Assembly (NCBI GenBank): GCA_963762595.1
Contig: CAVXLI010000025.1
Span: forward strand, 90,366 to 154,365
DNA from: an uncultured delta proteobacterium
GTDB taxonomy: Bacteria > Desulfobacterota > Syntrophia > Syntrophales > Smithellaceae
DNA length: 64,000 bases
Reading direction: 5' to 3'
This document shows positions 1 through 9,348 of the stretch, piece by piece. Numbering within the stretch: the stretch's first letter is position 1; each line of letters starts with the position of its first letter. The notes below the pieces were generated by a model. The model was not told where the DNA came from. It ran no database searches and saw nothing but the letters and a program-made list of their open reading frames with translations. A program made the translations under genes and the position numbers.

Positions 1-1
1 C

Positions 2-917
2 CATACCAACTGGGATTTGGAAACCGGCGCGTATGAATCGCCGCTGGGCAACATGATTGCCGATTCCATTCGCTGGTATGTAAACAAAATTGATTCGGCA
101 AGGCCATGTTGACGTTGCCGTGGAATCCAACGGAGTTATCCGCGATAATTTGCTTGCGGGCAAGACCGGCAGGATAACGGTCGGCGATTTATTCCGCACT
201 ATACCGCTGGGTATCGGTATGGATAAAGATTCCACTATGGGCTATCCGCTGATTAGTTTTTACCTCTACGGATATGAAATCAAAAGGGCTCTGGAAATTT
301 TAACCAGCGTTTACCCGAGCAAGGGATACGATTATTTTCTGCAAATATCCGGTCTGCGCTTTACTTACAATCCGCACCGCGTAATTTTTGACAGGGTGAC
401 GGATATCGAAATGGGCGGCGAGGAAGAAGGATATAAAAAGCTTGACTACAGTCAAGCCAATCACCGGCTTTACCGGGTGGCGGCCAATATTTACAACGCC
501 ACCTTTTTAAAAGTAATCGGGAATTATACTTATCATTTCCTCGATATCGTTCCAAAAGATAAAAAAGGAAGACCCGTAAAAAATCTGTCGGACGTGAGGG
601 TGGACGCGGATAAATCCAGACGCGGCATACAGGAGCTAAAAGAATGGCAGGGCGTGATCGAATATGTCCGGTCGTTCCCGGACGCAAACGGCGACGGTAT
701 TCCCGATTTACCGGAAAAATACAAAACCAAACTTGGACGTATTGTAAGCGAACCCAGCTGGCATCCGGGTACTCTCATCGCGGGCGCAACTTTGCCCACG
801 ATTTTAGCGCTCTTGATTATCGGGCTGTTATTTTTGGCTATAATTTATTTTACCGTCAGAATTATTAACAAGAGAAGAGCAAAAAATAAACATAACAGCT
901 GGAAAATTAAATATTGA
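2..917 (+). CDS. 5'-nucleotidase (UshA-type) C-terminal domain protein, 5'-truncated by the window edge, with a C-terminal membrane anchor; frame switch near 90-110
   Basis: The frame-2 peptide HTNWDLETGAYESPLGNMIADSIRWYVNKIDS continues in frame 3 as ORF 90-917 (VDVAVESNGVIRDNL..GRITVGDLFRTIPLG), which is typical of the 5'-nucleotidase C-terminal domain. It ends in a hydrophobic helix followed by NKRRAKNK. Confidence 0.6.
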
Positions 918-935
918 CAACGTGGTTGATTTATT

Positions 936-1091
936 CTAGCAATTAATCAGACTCAAATATTACAAATGTAGTGCAGTAATATTTGCTAGTCGAATTAATG
1001 AAACTCGCTGAAAACAAACAGAGTAAAGTTTGAAGCGTTAGTTGAATTAATCCCGATAGCGAAGCGTATCGGGATATGGCAATTAGATAAT
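936..1091. repeat. Mosaic hairpin-module repeat cluster (locus R1): three to four units of about 50 bp, each a linker plus a hairpin
   Basis: The sequence reads ctagcaattaat + CAAATATTAC..GTAATATTTG hairpin, then ctagtcgaattaat + cgctgaaaac..gtttgaagcg hairpin, then ttagttgaattaat + ATCCCGATAgcgaagcgTATCGGGAT hairpin. The same modules recur at 19293, 21840, 24104, 44583, 44992, 46426 and 50291. Confidence 0.85.
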
Positions 1092-1138
1092 TTCAAAGAG
1101 TCGTTTGTTTGATATCCTGGAGTGTTAGAAATATTTTC

Positions 1139-1172
1139 AAGGCCGTGGATAAGAAACCATGGCCTTTTTATT
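1139..1172 (+). terminator. Rho-independent terminator downstream of the 5'-nucleotidase gene
   Basis: AAGGCCGTGG-ataagaaa-CCATGGCCTT forms a 10-bp stem with one G-T pair, followed by TTTTTATT. Confidence 0.7.
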
Positions 1173-1258
1173 CGGGTGCGGACGGGGGAGTTATTTAGTT
1201 TATAGAGCGACGGCAAGTTTTCCGACTTCAGCCTTTAGCCTAATTAGAGGATTCATTC

Positions 1259-1821
1259 ATGAACAAAGAGTATATTGAAATCCGCTGGCATGGACGGGGC
1301 GGTCAGGGCGCAATAACGGCGGCAAAGATTGTTGCCGGAGCCGCCTTCGTCTCCGGTTATCCGGGAGTTGTCATGGCTCCAACCTTTGGCACGGAACGCA
1401 GGGGCGCACCGGTCATGACATCCCTGAAGATATCCAGGAGAAAAAATATATGATTTATCACCCATCGAAACACCGGACATCATTGTCGTCCTTGACCACC
1501 TGCTGCTTGCCGAGGCGGATGTAACACAGCGGCCTCAAACCCGGCGGGATCATCGTTTTGAACACACCAAAGGCTTTTGAATCCTACAACTTTAAAGATT
1601 ACAGGCTGGCAACCGCAGACATTACGGCCATATCTGTTGAGGCAGGTCTTCCTCACGGCATGGTAAATACAGGGATCATCGGATCGCTGGAAAAAGCCAC
1701 AAACCTCCTGGGAATGGATATCCTGATAAAAGGCATTGAAGAGGAATTCAGCACAAGAAAGCCCGAAAAGAACTCATTGGCGGCAAAGATTGCCTTTGAA
1801 AGAACTGTGACGGGAGGTTGA
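1259..1821 (+). CDS. porG: 2-oxoacid (pyruvate-type):ferredoxin oxidoreductase gamma subunit, disrupted as assembled (at least two frame switches)
   Basis: ORFs 1259-1453 ([29 protein letters not shown]) and 1558-1821 are bridged in a third frame by [20 protein letters not shown]. The gene order is gamma-delta-alpha-beta. The substrate (pyruvate or another 2-oxoacid) cannot be fixed from sequence. Confidence 0.7.
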
Positions 1822-2138
1822 AAATGGGCACCAGAAATTACAGAAGAAAAACTTCTCACAGCGAACACGGGCCGGGTGACGGCGGAAGGACCGGTTCATG
1901 GAGGGTGGAAAGGCCGGTTTTGGATCAAAGCCTCTGCATCCCCTGCAAAAGGAATAAAGAAGCCTGCTTCATCTGCTGGCTGTTCTGTCCGGATATTGTC
2001 ATTTCCAGAACGATACCGCCTAAGATCGATCTGGAATACTGCAAGGGGTGCGGCATCTGCGCTGAAGAATGCCCGACCAAGGCCATAACCATGGTGGACG
2101 AGGCGCAATTTTCAGAAGAAGACAAGGACAAGGAGTAG
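1818..2138 (+). CDS. porD: 2-oxoacid:ferredoxin oxidoreductase delta subunit (2x[4Fe-4S] ferredoxin-like)
   Basis: It carries TGSWRVERPVLD, CxxCxxxCxxCP-type motifs and CKGCGICAEECP. It overlaps the porG stop by 4 nt. The ATG at 1824 is an alternative start. Confidence 0.75.
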   Translation: MKMGTRNYRRKTSHSEHGPGDGGRTGSWRVERPVLDQSLCIPCKRNKEACFICWLFCPDIVISRTIPPKIDLEYCKGCGICAEECPTKAITMVDEAQFSEEDKDKE

Positions 2139-2143
2139 ACGCC

Positions 2144-3348
2144 ATGCATATTATAGAAAACGGAAACGTTGCAGCAGCTCTGGGCGTCAAGCTTTGCCGT
2201 GCCAATGTCATAGCAGCCTATCCCATCACACCGCAGACCCCTCTTACAGAAAAACTTTCCGAGTATGTTGAAGCAGGTGAAATGAAGGCCGAGTACATCC
2301 ATGTCGAGAGCGAACATTCCGCCCTTGCCGTATGCATTGCTGCATCATCGGCCGGCGCCAGGTCTTTTACCGCAACAAGCGCCAACGGGCTTCTTTACAT
2401 GCATGAACAGGTCCAGTGGGCAGCAGGTGCCAGGCTTCCCATTGTTATGTGTGTTGTCAACCGGGCGGTCGGCGCCCCATGGAATGTCTGGAATGACCAG
2501 CAGGACTCGATTTCACAGCGCGATACCGGCTGGATACAGATGTATTGCTGCTGACCACCAGCAGATAATTGATTCGGTCATCAAAGCATACTGGCTGGCG
2601 GAGAAGGTGAGCATTCCGATTATGGTCTGCTATGACGGGTATATCCTTTCTCACACGTACATGCCGTTTGATGTGCCCGAGCAGGAAAAGGTCGATGCGT
2701 TTCTGCCGCCATTTCAGGCCGGACTATGCACTTAACCCTGAGGAACCCGCCAATCTCAATACCGTGACCTTACCTGACGTACGTATGGATGTCAGAGGTG
2801 AGCTTGCCCACGGATATATGGAGATTCAGATATCTGCTTCAGGAAGAAATGCGGACAACGCTTACAGTCGCAGCTGAAGCGGAAAAAAGGTTTGCCGATA
2901 TATTTGGCCGGGGCGGCGATCCGTATATAGAGCCTTATCTTTGCGATGATGCGGAATATGTTGCCGTAGGCTTGGGATCACTGACCTACCAGCTGCGGGT
3001 TTCCGTTGATAGCCTTGAGAAAAGAGGGCATCAAGGTGGGCGTCATGGGCGTTCGCTTTTACAGGCCTTTCCCGGACGAGGCGATGGCCAATGCACTGAA
3101 AGGGAAAAAAGGCGTTATCGTCTTTGAAAAGGCATTGAGCTACGGTTATGAAGGTGCGCTGGTATCGGATTTAAAGTCCGCACTTTATGAACATCTTGCC
3201 GGTACAGGCGCCTTGCCGGTGGTCCAGAATTTTATTGCGGGAATCGGCGGCCGCGACATCCGGACAGATGATTTGACACAAACCCTCCGGGCGGCGACAA
3301 AAAGCAGGGTTTCGAAAGAGCCCGTATGGATAGGGCTTAAAACTATAG
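2144..3348 (+). CDS. porA: 2-oxoacid:ferredoxin oxidoreductase alpha subunit, disrupted as assembled (at least four frame switches)
   Basis: The fragments 2144-2554, 2301-2735, 2632-2877, 2789-3127 and 3006-... tile a PorA-like sequence (AAYPITPQT, ESEHSA). Removing one A from the AAAA run at 3339-3342 gives ..VWIGLKL-TAG at 3346-3348, just upstream of the porB RBS. Confidence 0.7.
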
Positions 3349-3357
3349 GAGAAGCAC

Positions 3358-4260
3358 ATGCAGGCCAAGACAACAATTTTAAGCTTACCGACAGAGGAAT
3401 TTGTCCATCCGGGAACAAGGGCGTGCACCGGCTGCGGCCTGGCCATCGCCTACAGGGTGGGTCTCAAGGCCCTGGGGAAAGACACCATCCTTGTTGTGCC
3501 GCCCAGCTGTCTTACCGTATTGCAGGGGCTTTTTCCGATTGCCTCGACCAAACTTCCCTGCCTGAATGTGACGTTTGCATCAACAGCAGCCGCAGCCACC
3601 GGAATTCTGGCAACCCTGAAGACACAGGGAAAGGATAATATCAAAGTGGCCGCATGGGCAGGCGACGGCGGGACAAGCGACATCGGCTTGCAGGCTTTAT
3701 CGGGCGCCGCAGAACGCGGCGATAACTTCATCTACCTCTGCTACGACAACGAAGGGTACATGAACACCGGTGTTCAGCGCTCGGGCACTACCCCTATCGG
3801 CGCTATGACCGCAAACACGCCGTTCAAGGGAAAGCTGCAGCAAAAAAAGGATGTGCCGGCAATCATGGCGGCGCATAACTTAAGCTATGTTGCCGCCTGT
3901 TCCGCTGCCTACCCGCTGGACCTTTTTGACAAGATCAGAAAGTGCATGGATATGCCGGGCACCAAGTACTTCCATATCCATATTCCCTGCCCGCCGGGCT
4001 GGGGATATGACCCGCGATACGGGATAAAGATCGGCAGGCTTGCCGTGGAAACCGGATATTATGACCTCTACGAAATAGTTAACGGTGAGTTCAAACTGAC
4101 TGCAGCATCCGAAAAGCTTGTGGAAAAACGCAAGCTGATACCGGTCCGTGAATACTTCCGCTCGCAGTCACGGTTCAAGATTCTTACCGATGCGCAGATC
4201 GCAGATATCCAGAATCAGATAGATGCGAAGTGGGCAGGTTATTATAAAAAAGACGAGTGA
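3358..4260 (+). CDS. porB: 2-oxoacid:ferredoxin oxidoreductase beta subunit (TPP-binding)
   Basis: This is an intact 300-aa ORF with GTRACTGCG, a GDGGTSDIG TPP motif and the RBS ggagaag. Confidence 0.85.
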   Translation: MQAKTTILSLPTEEFVHPGTRACTGCGLAIAYRVGLKALGKDTILVVPPSCLTVLQGLFPIASTKLPCLNVTFASTAAAATGILATLKTQGKDNIKVAAWAGDGGTSDIGLQALSGAAERGDNFIYLCYDNEGYMNTGVQRSGTTPIGAMTANTPFKGKLQQKKDVPAIMAAHNLSYVAACSAAYPLDLFDKIRKCMDMPGTKYFHIHIPCPPGWGYDPRYGIKIGRLAVETGYYDLYEIVNGEFKLTAASEKLVEKRKLIPVREYFRSQSRFKILTDAQIADIQNQIDAKWAGYYKKDE

Positions 4261-4345
4261 TACCATTCCGCTTTCTTTGGCTAACTTTGTTGGCAGCGTC
4301 GACGGCTTCCTCAGCGTATTAGTAATACGCCTGCGTCGCTTCTCA
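4261..4345. repeat. Second repeat family, copy 1 (core GGCTAACTTTGTTGG..AATACGCCT)
   Basis: It shares about 55-60 bp at roughly 75-80% identity (by eye) with 60955-61020. The flank taccattccgctttc is the inverse of cgaaagcgaaatggta at 61043-61058. Confidence 0.6.
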
Positions 4346-4365
4346 TCACGTCATTGCGACGTGCA

Positions 4366-5349
4366 TCAGCATCCAAGTGCTGTTTTCAGGGTATCCATAT
4401 TCAGGTTGCCGCCGGACATGATCATAACCACTTTCTTGCCGGAAAGTCGGTCTTTTATTTTGTAAGCGGCCATCAAAGAAACGGCGCCTGCGCCCTCGGC
4501 CAGATTATGTGTGATTGTCAGCGCCATTCTAATCCCTTCCAGTATCTCGTCTTCGGTCAAGAGCACTACATCATTGATGGTGTCCTTGAGAATGACATAC
4601 GGCAGATGGAATACGCTTCTCGCGGCAAGGCCGTCGGCAACCGTATGGGCATCATCGAGAATTACAATTTCTCCCTTTTTCCAGGAATTATAGAAAGAGG
4701 GGGCATTCTGAGCCTCTACGCCAATTATCTCGATTGCGGGCTTTAATGCACGCATGGTTTTTACAAGCGACGCGCAGCCGGCACCGCCGCCGATAGGACA
4801 AATGATTGTATCTACTTCCGGCAGGTCCTCAAATATCTCCAGTCCCATGGTGGCAAGGCCGTTCAGGATTTCCGGTTCGTTGCCCTGCTGGACATAGTAA
4901 TAACCGGCACTGTCCACAAGTTCTTCGCAGTAGGATTGTGCGTCATAGAAGTCTTCTCCGTGGACAATAAGTTCCGCGCCGTAGCTTTCTATTGTCCTGT
5001 TGATTTCAGGATTGTTGTTTTCCGGCACGACAACCGTGCAGGGCACATGGAACCATTGTCCCGCCCAGGCCATAGCCAGGCCGTGGTTGCCTCTGGTCGC
5101 AACGAGGATACCGGCTTCCAGCTCTTCCCTGGACATGTGATGAAAGAAATTAAGCGCTCCTCTTATCTTGAATGATCCGGTCGGATTGTGGTTTTCATGC
5201 TTGATGAACGCCTGACAGCCGATTAGCCTGGAAAGTTCTGAATAGCATATCAGGTTTGTTCTGTTCAGGTACCTGTAAATAACTGATCTCGCCATGAAAG
5301 CCTTTGTCAGGTTGACCTGCTCGCTTGCCGCCTCGTATTTTTTCAGCAT
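4366..5349 (-). CDS. PLP-dependent threonine/serine dehydratase (threonine ammonia-lyase family, no regulatory domain)
   Basis: This is an intact 327-aa ORF with the SFKIRGA PLP-lysine motif and a GGGAG loop. Confidence 0.8.
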   Translation of the reverse strand: MLKKYEAASEQVNLTKAFMARSVIYRYLNRTNLICYSELSRLIGCQAFIKHENHNPTGSFKIRGALNFFHHMSREELEAGILVATRGNHGLAMAWAGQWFHVPCTVVVPENNNPEINRTIESYGAELIVHGEDFYDAQSYCEELVDSAGYYYVQQGNEPEILNGLATMGLEIFEDLPEVDTIICPIGGGAGCASLVKTMRALKPAIEIIGVEAQNAPSFYNSWKKGEIVILDDAHTVADGLAARSVFHLPYVILKDTINDVVLLTEDEILEGIRMALTITHNLAEGAGAVSLMAAYKIKDRLSGKKVVMIMSGGNLNMDTLKTALGC

Positions 5350-5390
5350 AAAAATCCTCCTTGATAATTAGAGCCTTTAGCCTTCAGTCT

Positions 5391-6739
5391 TTAGTCTATA
5401 TATCTTATAATCATTTCGGCATATCTGGCAGCCGCGCCCATATTGGCGGCCACAACAGCTTTGCCTCTGGCGCCTCGCTTTTCCAGTTCTTCGGGATGTT
5501 CCAGCACGTGCAGAATGTTTTGAAGCAATTCCTCCGCACTTCGTATTGTTACGCCGCAACCCGCTTCTTCCAGCAGGGCTTTTTCTTCGCTGAAATCGTC
5601 CATCGAAGGGCCGTAAAAAATTACTTTTCCCCAGGCGGCAGCCTCTAAAATATTTTGGCCTCCTTTGGCAACAAGGCTTCCGCCGCAATAAACAATAGTT
5701 GCCAGGGAATAAATCTTGAAAAGCTCGCCGATAACATCAACAACAATAATAGTTTCACTCTTGCGTATTTTGTCCGTTATTCATGTCGGTAAGCGTAATG
5801 ACGTTCGGAAACCCGGATTTCTGCAGAAGTTCCAGAATAGCGCAGGTTCTTTCAATATGCCGCGGAACGATAATTAGTTTAAATTCGGGATAGCGATTTA
5901 AAAGCTTCTTATAAACATCAATGATAATTTCTTCTTCGCCCGGATGGGTAGCTGCCCGCGACAAAAAATCTTTCATTCTCCCGCACATTAAATCGGCGGG
6001 CAATTTCTTTCTGCAGGGCGGGTGAGGCCATGGCTGCCAACGCATCATACTTGGCGTTTCCCATTACTTGAATCTTATCTTCAGGCCATGCCGATATTTG
6101 TAAAACGCGCCGCGTCAATCTCGGTAATCATACCGGCGACGGATAAATCATTAAGAATTTTTTTCCAAAAAAAACTGGTCAGGCGATATTTACCGTAAGA
6201 GCGCAAAGAAATCCGTCCATTAACCATCAAGGTCTTTATCCTTTTTGCTTTACAGGCTTTTAGAAAATTAGGCCAGAGTTCCGTTTCCACCATAACAAAA
6301 ATATTAGGATTGACCATGTTTTATGACTTTTGCGCACAATCTGCGGAATATCCAGAGGAAAATAAATGAATGCGGCAGCGCCCTGGATAAGACGGCGCGC
6401 CATTTCCTGACCGGTTTCCGTAGAAGTGGAAAAAATAATTTCTACATCCGGCCTTTTCATTTTTAAAGAAGCGACAATCGGCGCGGCGGCGGTTACTTCG
6501 CCGACTGAAACCGCATGTATCCATACACGCGGCCCGTCTTTCAAATTGGCCAGTATTGTTGCCTGCCTTCCGCCCAGTTTCGGGATTAAACTTTTGCGAT
6601 ATTTACCGGTAAAAATTATTTTCAGTAAATAATAGGGTAAAACAATTATGGCGGCAACCATCAATACGGCATTATATACGATGTACATACTTACATCTTT
6701 AGATTTTTCCGCATTTGTGTCAAGCTTTTCCTTATGCAT
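5391..6739 (-). CDS. waaA: 3-deoxy-D-manno-octulosonic acid (Kdo) transferase, disrupted as assembled (at least four frame switches)
   Basis: The fragments 6260-6739 (WIHAVSVGEV), 6081-6317 (ETELWPN), 5918-6118, 5755-6048 (IIVPRHIER) and 5391-5603 tile KdtA/WaaA. The true start may be the Met at about 6688. Confidence 0.75.
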
Positions 6740-6794
6740 AGGAGTGTAGGTTAAAGACTGTCAGGCTAATACCCCTTCTTCAGCCTTCTTTAGA

Positions 6795-6821
6795 TTGACA
6801 GAGAAGAAACTTTGGTATAAT
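6795..6821 (+). promoter_or_regulatory. Sigma70-like promoter candidate for rpe
   Basis: TTGACA (6795-6800) is separated by 15 bp from TGgTATAAT, an extended -10 with TATAAT at 6816-6821. It lies 30 nt upstream of the ATG, and the RBS is aaggag. The spacer is shorter than canonical. Confidence 0.45.
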
Positions 6822-6851
6822 TGAACAAATGCATAAAGGAGAAAAAATTCG

Positions 6852-7508
6852 ATGGTACTGATTGCCCCTTCAATTCTATCCGCAGACGGCGGAAGACTGA
6901 GCGAGGAAATTGCCGCCGTGGAAAAAGCCGGCGCCGATTGGATTCATGTTGACGTGATGGATGGGCACTTTGTTCCCAATATCACCATGGGTCCGGGGAT
7001 AATATCGGCCCTGAGAAAAACAACAAAACTACCTTTTGATGTGCACCTGATGATTGAAAATCCTGAAAACTATATTGAATCTTTTGCGAAAGCGGGCGCC
7101 GATATTATTACTATTCACGTTGAAGCCGTCGATAATCTTCTCCGGATGATTGACCTGATAAAAAATTGCGGCAAAAAAGCCGGAGTATCGCTGAATCCGG
7201 ATACACCGCTGAAGCGTATCGAAAATATTGTTTCTGAGATTGAGCTTTTGCTGGTTATGGCTGTTAATCCGGGTTTCGGCGGACAGAAGTTTATGGAAAA
7301 TACTTTGCCTAAAATTACTAAGGCCTGCCAGATGTTGAAAGGCCTGCCCAATAAACCTTTACTGGAAGTTGACGGAGGAGTTAATTTACAAAACATTAAA
7401 AGCATTGTTGAGGCGGGCGCGCAGGTGATAGTCGCCGGCGCCTCTATCTTTGGCAGTGGTGATTATTATAAAACAATTGCCGCTTTGAAAGCTGTCGCCA
7501 ATGATTAG
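6852..7508 (+). CDS. rpe: Ribulose-phosphate 3-epimerase
   Basis: This is an intact 218-aa ORF with PSILSAD, HVDVMDGHFVPN and VNPGFGGQ. Confidence 0.9.
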   Translation: MVLIAPSILSADGGRLSEEIAAVEKAGADWIHVDVMDGHFVPNITMGPGIISALRKTTKLPFDVHLMIENPENYIESFAKAGADIITIHVEAVDNLLRMIDLIKNCGKKAGVSLNPDTPLKRIENIVSEIELLLVMAVNPGFGGQKFMENTLPKITKACQMLKGLPNKPLLEVDGGVNLQNIKSIVEAGAQVIVAGASIFGSGDYYKTIAALKAVAND

Positions 7509-7812
7509 TTATCTCTTTTGCTTTTAAGCAAACTCTAACACCAGCAGTAGTGCAATAAAGGCATTTTCTATTCTATTTCCGATAAAACATCGGAAAGGCA
7601 GAAAAAATATTTGCAACGCAAAACGGTAAACTTGTCCAGCTTTGTATGTAAATTATATCATCCAATAAGCATGCCCTGGATAGGATTTTCCATTATGGGA
7701 ATCAGTTGTTGCGTTAATTCTAGGGGTGATTTAATTATTATGAGTGTCTGATACTAAATCTTAGAAATATTTTTTTATAATCTTCCACAATAGATGTTTT
7801 TTTTTGATATTA

Positions 7813-8577
7813 TTATATTTTGAGCCCTGTTATCCACAAAGACCCACTCCAGGATCGAATTAAAGGCATTCGTTCAGCAATAAATTGCACCCCCTTAGCG
7901 AAGGGTATTAAACTTTGTGGTACTGATGGATGCAAAAAATCACGGTATTTAAGTAAAAGAACTTTAAAGCCGGCCTCCTGGAATAATGAAACTAGTTCCT
8001 TAGGCTTAAATGCCATTTCTGTTGGGCTTACCCCTAATCTTTTTCTTTTTTCCATATCATCGGTGAAAAGCACATATTTATTAATTGGATTCAACAAATT
8101 CGGTTCTGAAAAGGCAAAGCAAGCTCCGTGTTTGAGTTTTTTTCTTAGCTCAAATAGAGCCAGGGGGAGATTCAGATGATGCAAAACAGAGATGCCGCAC
8201 AAAACATCATAATAGTTATCAGGTAATTCTTTAGGTTTCTCCAAATCTGCCTGAATGAAATTAACTTGCGAAGGGCATTTGCTCTTTGCCACTTCAAGCA
8301 ATTCTGCAGAAATATCGACTGCCGTAATGTTTGCACCCGTTTTTGCAAAATGGCGTGTAAAAATTCCAGTGCCGCATCCACACTCCAGAACATTTAAGCC
8401 GGAGCGAAGATTACAATTTTTAATAAACCACTGGATACGAGCCTTTACGCGCTCACGGCCGGCCGGCGAATTCCATCCCCAGACATCTTCTGCCCCTGCT
8501 TTAATTAATTCTTTTGCATGGTTTTTTTCCAGATTTGAATTTCCACCACGGTGCATTATTTTTCCCCTTTTAGTCAA
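7813..8577 (-). CDS. Class I SAM-dependent methyltransferase
   Basis: It has VLECGCGTGIFT (motif I) and is an intact 254-aa ORF. Confidence 0.75.
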   Translation of the reverse strand: MTKRGKIMHRGGNSNLEKNHAKELIKAGAEDVWGWNSPAGRERVKARIQWFIKNCNLRSGLNVLECGCGTGIFTRHFAKTGANITAVDISAELLEVAKSKCPSQVNFIQADLEKPKELPDNYYDVLCGISVLHHLNLPLALFELRKKLKHGACFAFSEPNLLNPINKYVLFTDDMEKRKRLGVSPTEMAFKPKELVSLFQEAGFKVLLLKYRDFLHPSVPQSLIPFAKGVQFIAERMPLIRSWSGSLWITGLKI

Positions 8578-9340
8578 TCTTTTCTAATACGATTTTTGAA
8601 AACATAGCACAATGATCCATCCAGCGCGCAAGCAAGCTCTCCAGGAAACGCCAAATTCTGAAAGTCCATCCTGGTTGTAAGCTGATTAGCGATACACCGC
8701 CTGATAAGAGATATAGTAAAGGCATCATTGGTTCAATGCTGCGGATATGCAATTGGGGGAATTCGCTTTCGAATTGTTTTCTGTCGCGGTGAAACACAAT
8801 CCAGGGCAAGGCTCCATTGGCTCCGGAGAGTGGGCCTTCACTTTCAAACTCCCACTGCTGCGCATCCGGTTGAAATGGTTCATGATGAAATTTGGAATAG
8901 ACAAAGTCTGACCATGATGTCACCCAAGGCTCCACCATAACTACGACACCTCCGGGACAAAGACAGCGTGCTGCTTCGGCCAGAAATAGTCGGGGTTTTG
9001 GCAAATGATGAAACACGTCTGTCATTACAATTGCTTTGATTGATCCATCCGCAAATGGTAAAAAGCCGGCATCAAGTACACAATCGATATCGTACAGATA
9101 AAAATATTCCGATGTAATAACCCCAGGTAAAAAATTTTTTAAAAACCCTGCCCCTGATCCTATCTCCACAACGGTACCGTTTCCTTCAGATATGGAATTG
9201 ATCAAAGACTTATACCACTCGTCATAGACGCGGTGAAGAAAGTTTTTCTCCTGAATGATCCGCCGTCTTAGGTGTGTAGTTTCGGGATTATCAAGGTTAA
9301 AGCCTTTCATTAGAGGGTGGGTAAGCCATGCCTTCATCAT
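8570..9340 (-). CDS. Class I SAM-dependent methyltransferase
   Basis: It has VVEIGSGAGFL (motif I) and is an intact 256-aa ORF. It overlaps the downstream methyltransferase by 8 nt. Confidence 0.75.
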   Translation of the reverse strand: MMKAWLTHPLMKGFNLDNPETTHLRRRIIQEKNFLHRVYDEWYKSLINSISEGNGTVVEIGSGAGFLKNFLPGVITSEYFYLYDIDCVLDAGFLPFADGSIKAIVMTDVFHHLPKPRLFLAEAARCLCPGGVVVMVEPWVTSWSDFVYSKFHHEPFQPDAQQWEFESEGPLSGANGALPWIVFHRDRKQFESEFPQLHIRSIEPMMPLLYLLSGGVSLISLQPGWTFRIWRFLESLLARWMDHCAMFSKIVLEKID

Positions 9341-9348
9341 AATACCCC

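Noticed and set aside
750-917. I considered the C-terminal tail of the 5'-nucleotidase (..VSEPSW-hydrophobic helix-NKRRAKNK) as a PEP-CTERM/exosortase-type sorting signal.
   Set aside because: The motif is SEPS rather than PEP. About 10 extra residues follow the basic cluster, and no exosortase gene is nearby. A plain C-terminal membrane anchor is sufficient.
936-1091. I considered reading the linker-plus-hairpin arrays (here and at 19293, 44583 and other loci) as small CRISPR arrays, because a conserved short sequence alternates with variable inserts of about 36-40 nt.
   Set aside because: The conserved part is only about 14 nt. The would-be spacers are themselves palindromic and recur at several loci, so they are not unique. 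Units occur in both orientations within one array, and no cas genes are present.
3349-3638. I considered a 290-nt overlap of the porA reading frame (ORF 3006-3638) with porB.
   Set aside because: Reading the A4 run at 3339-3342 as A3 gives a stop (TAG 3346-3348) directly before the porB RBS. The overlap is therefore a homopolymer artefact.
4223-4465. I considered an 80-aa ORF containing the peptide ANFVGSVDGFLSVLVIRLRR, which is partly conserved (with some synonymous differences) in the second repeat copy at about 60950-61060, as a small hydrophobic protein.
   Set aside because: It overlaps the porB 3' end and runs antisense into the dehydratase gene. The two copies share no start codon or RBS, and the upstream and downstream parts of the frames are unrelated. 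I treat it as a nucleotide-level repeat, but with residual doubt (see the corresponding finding).
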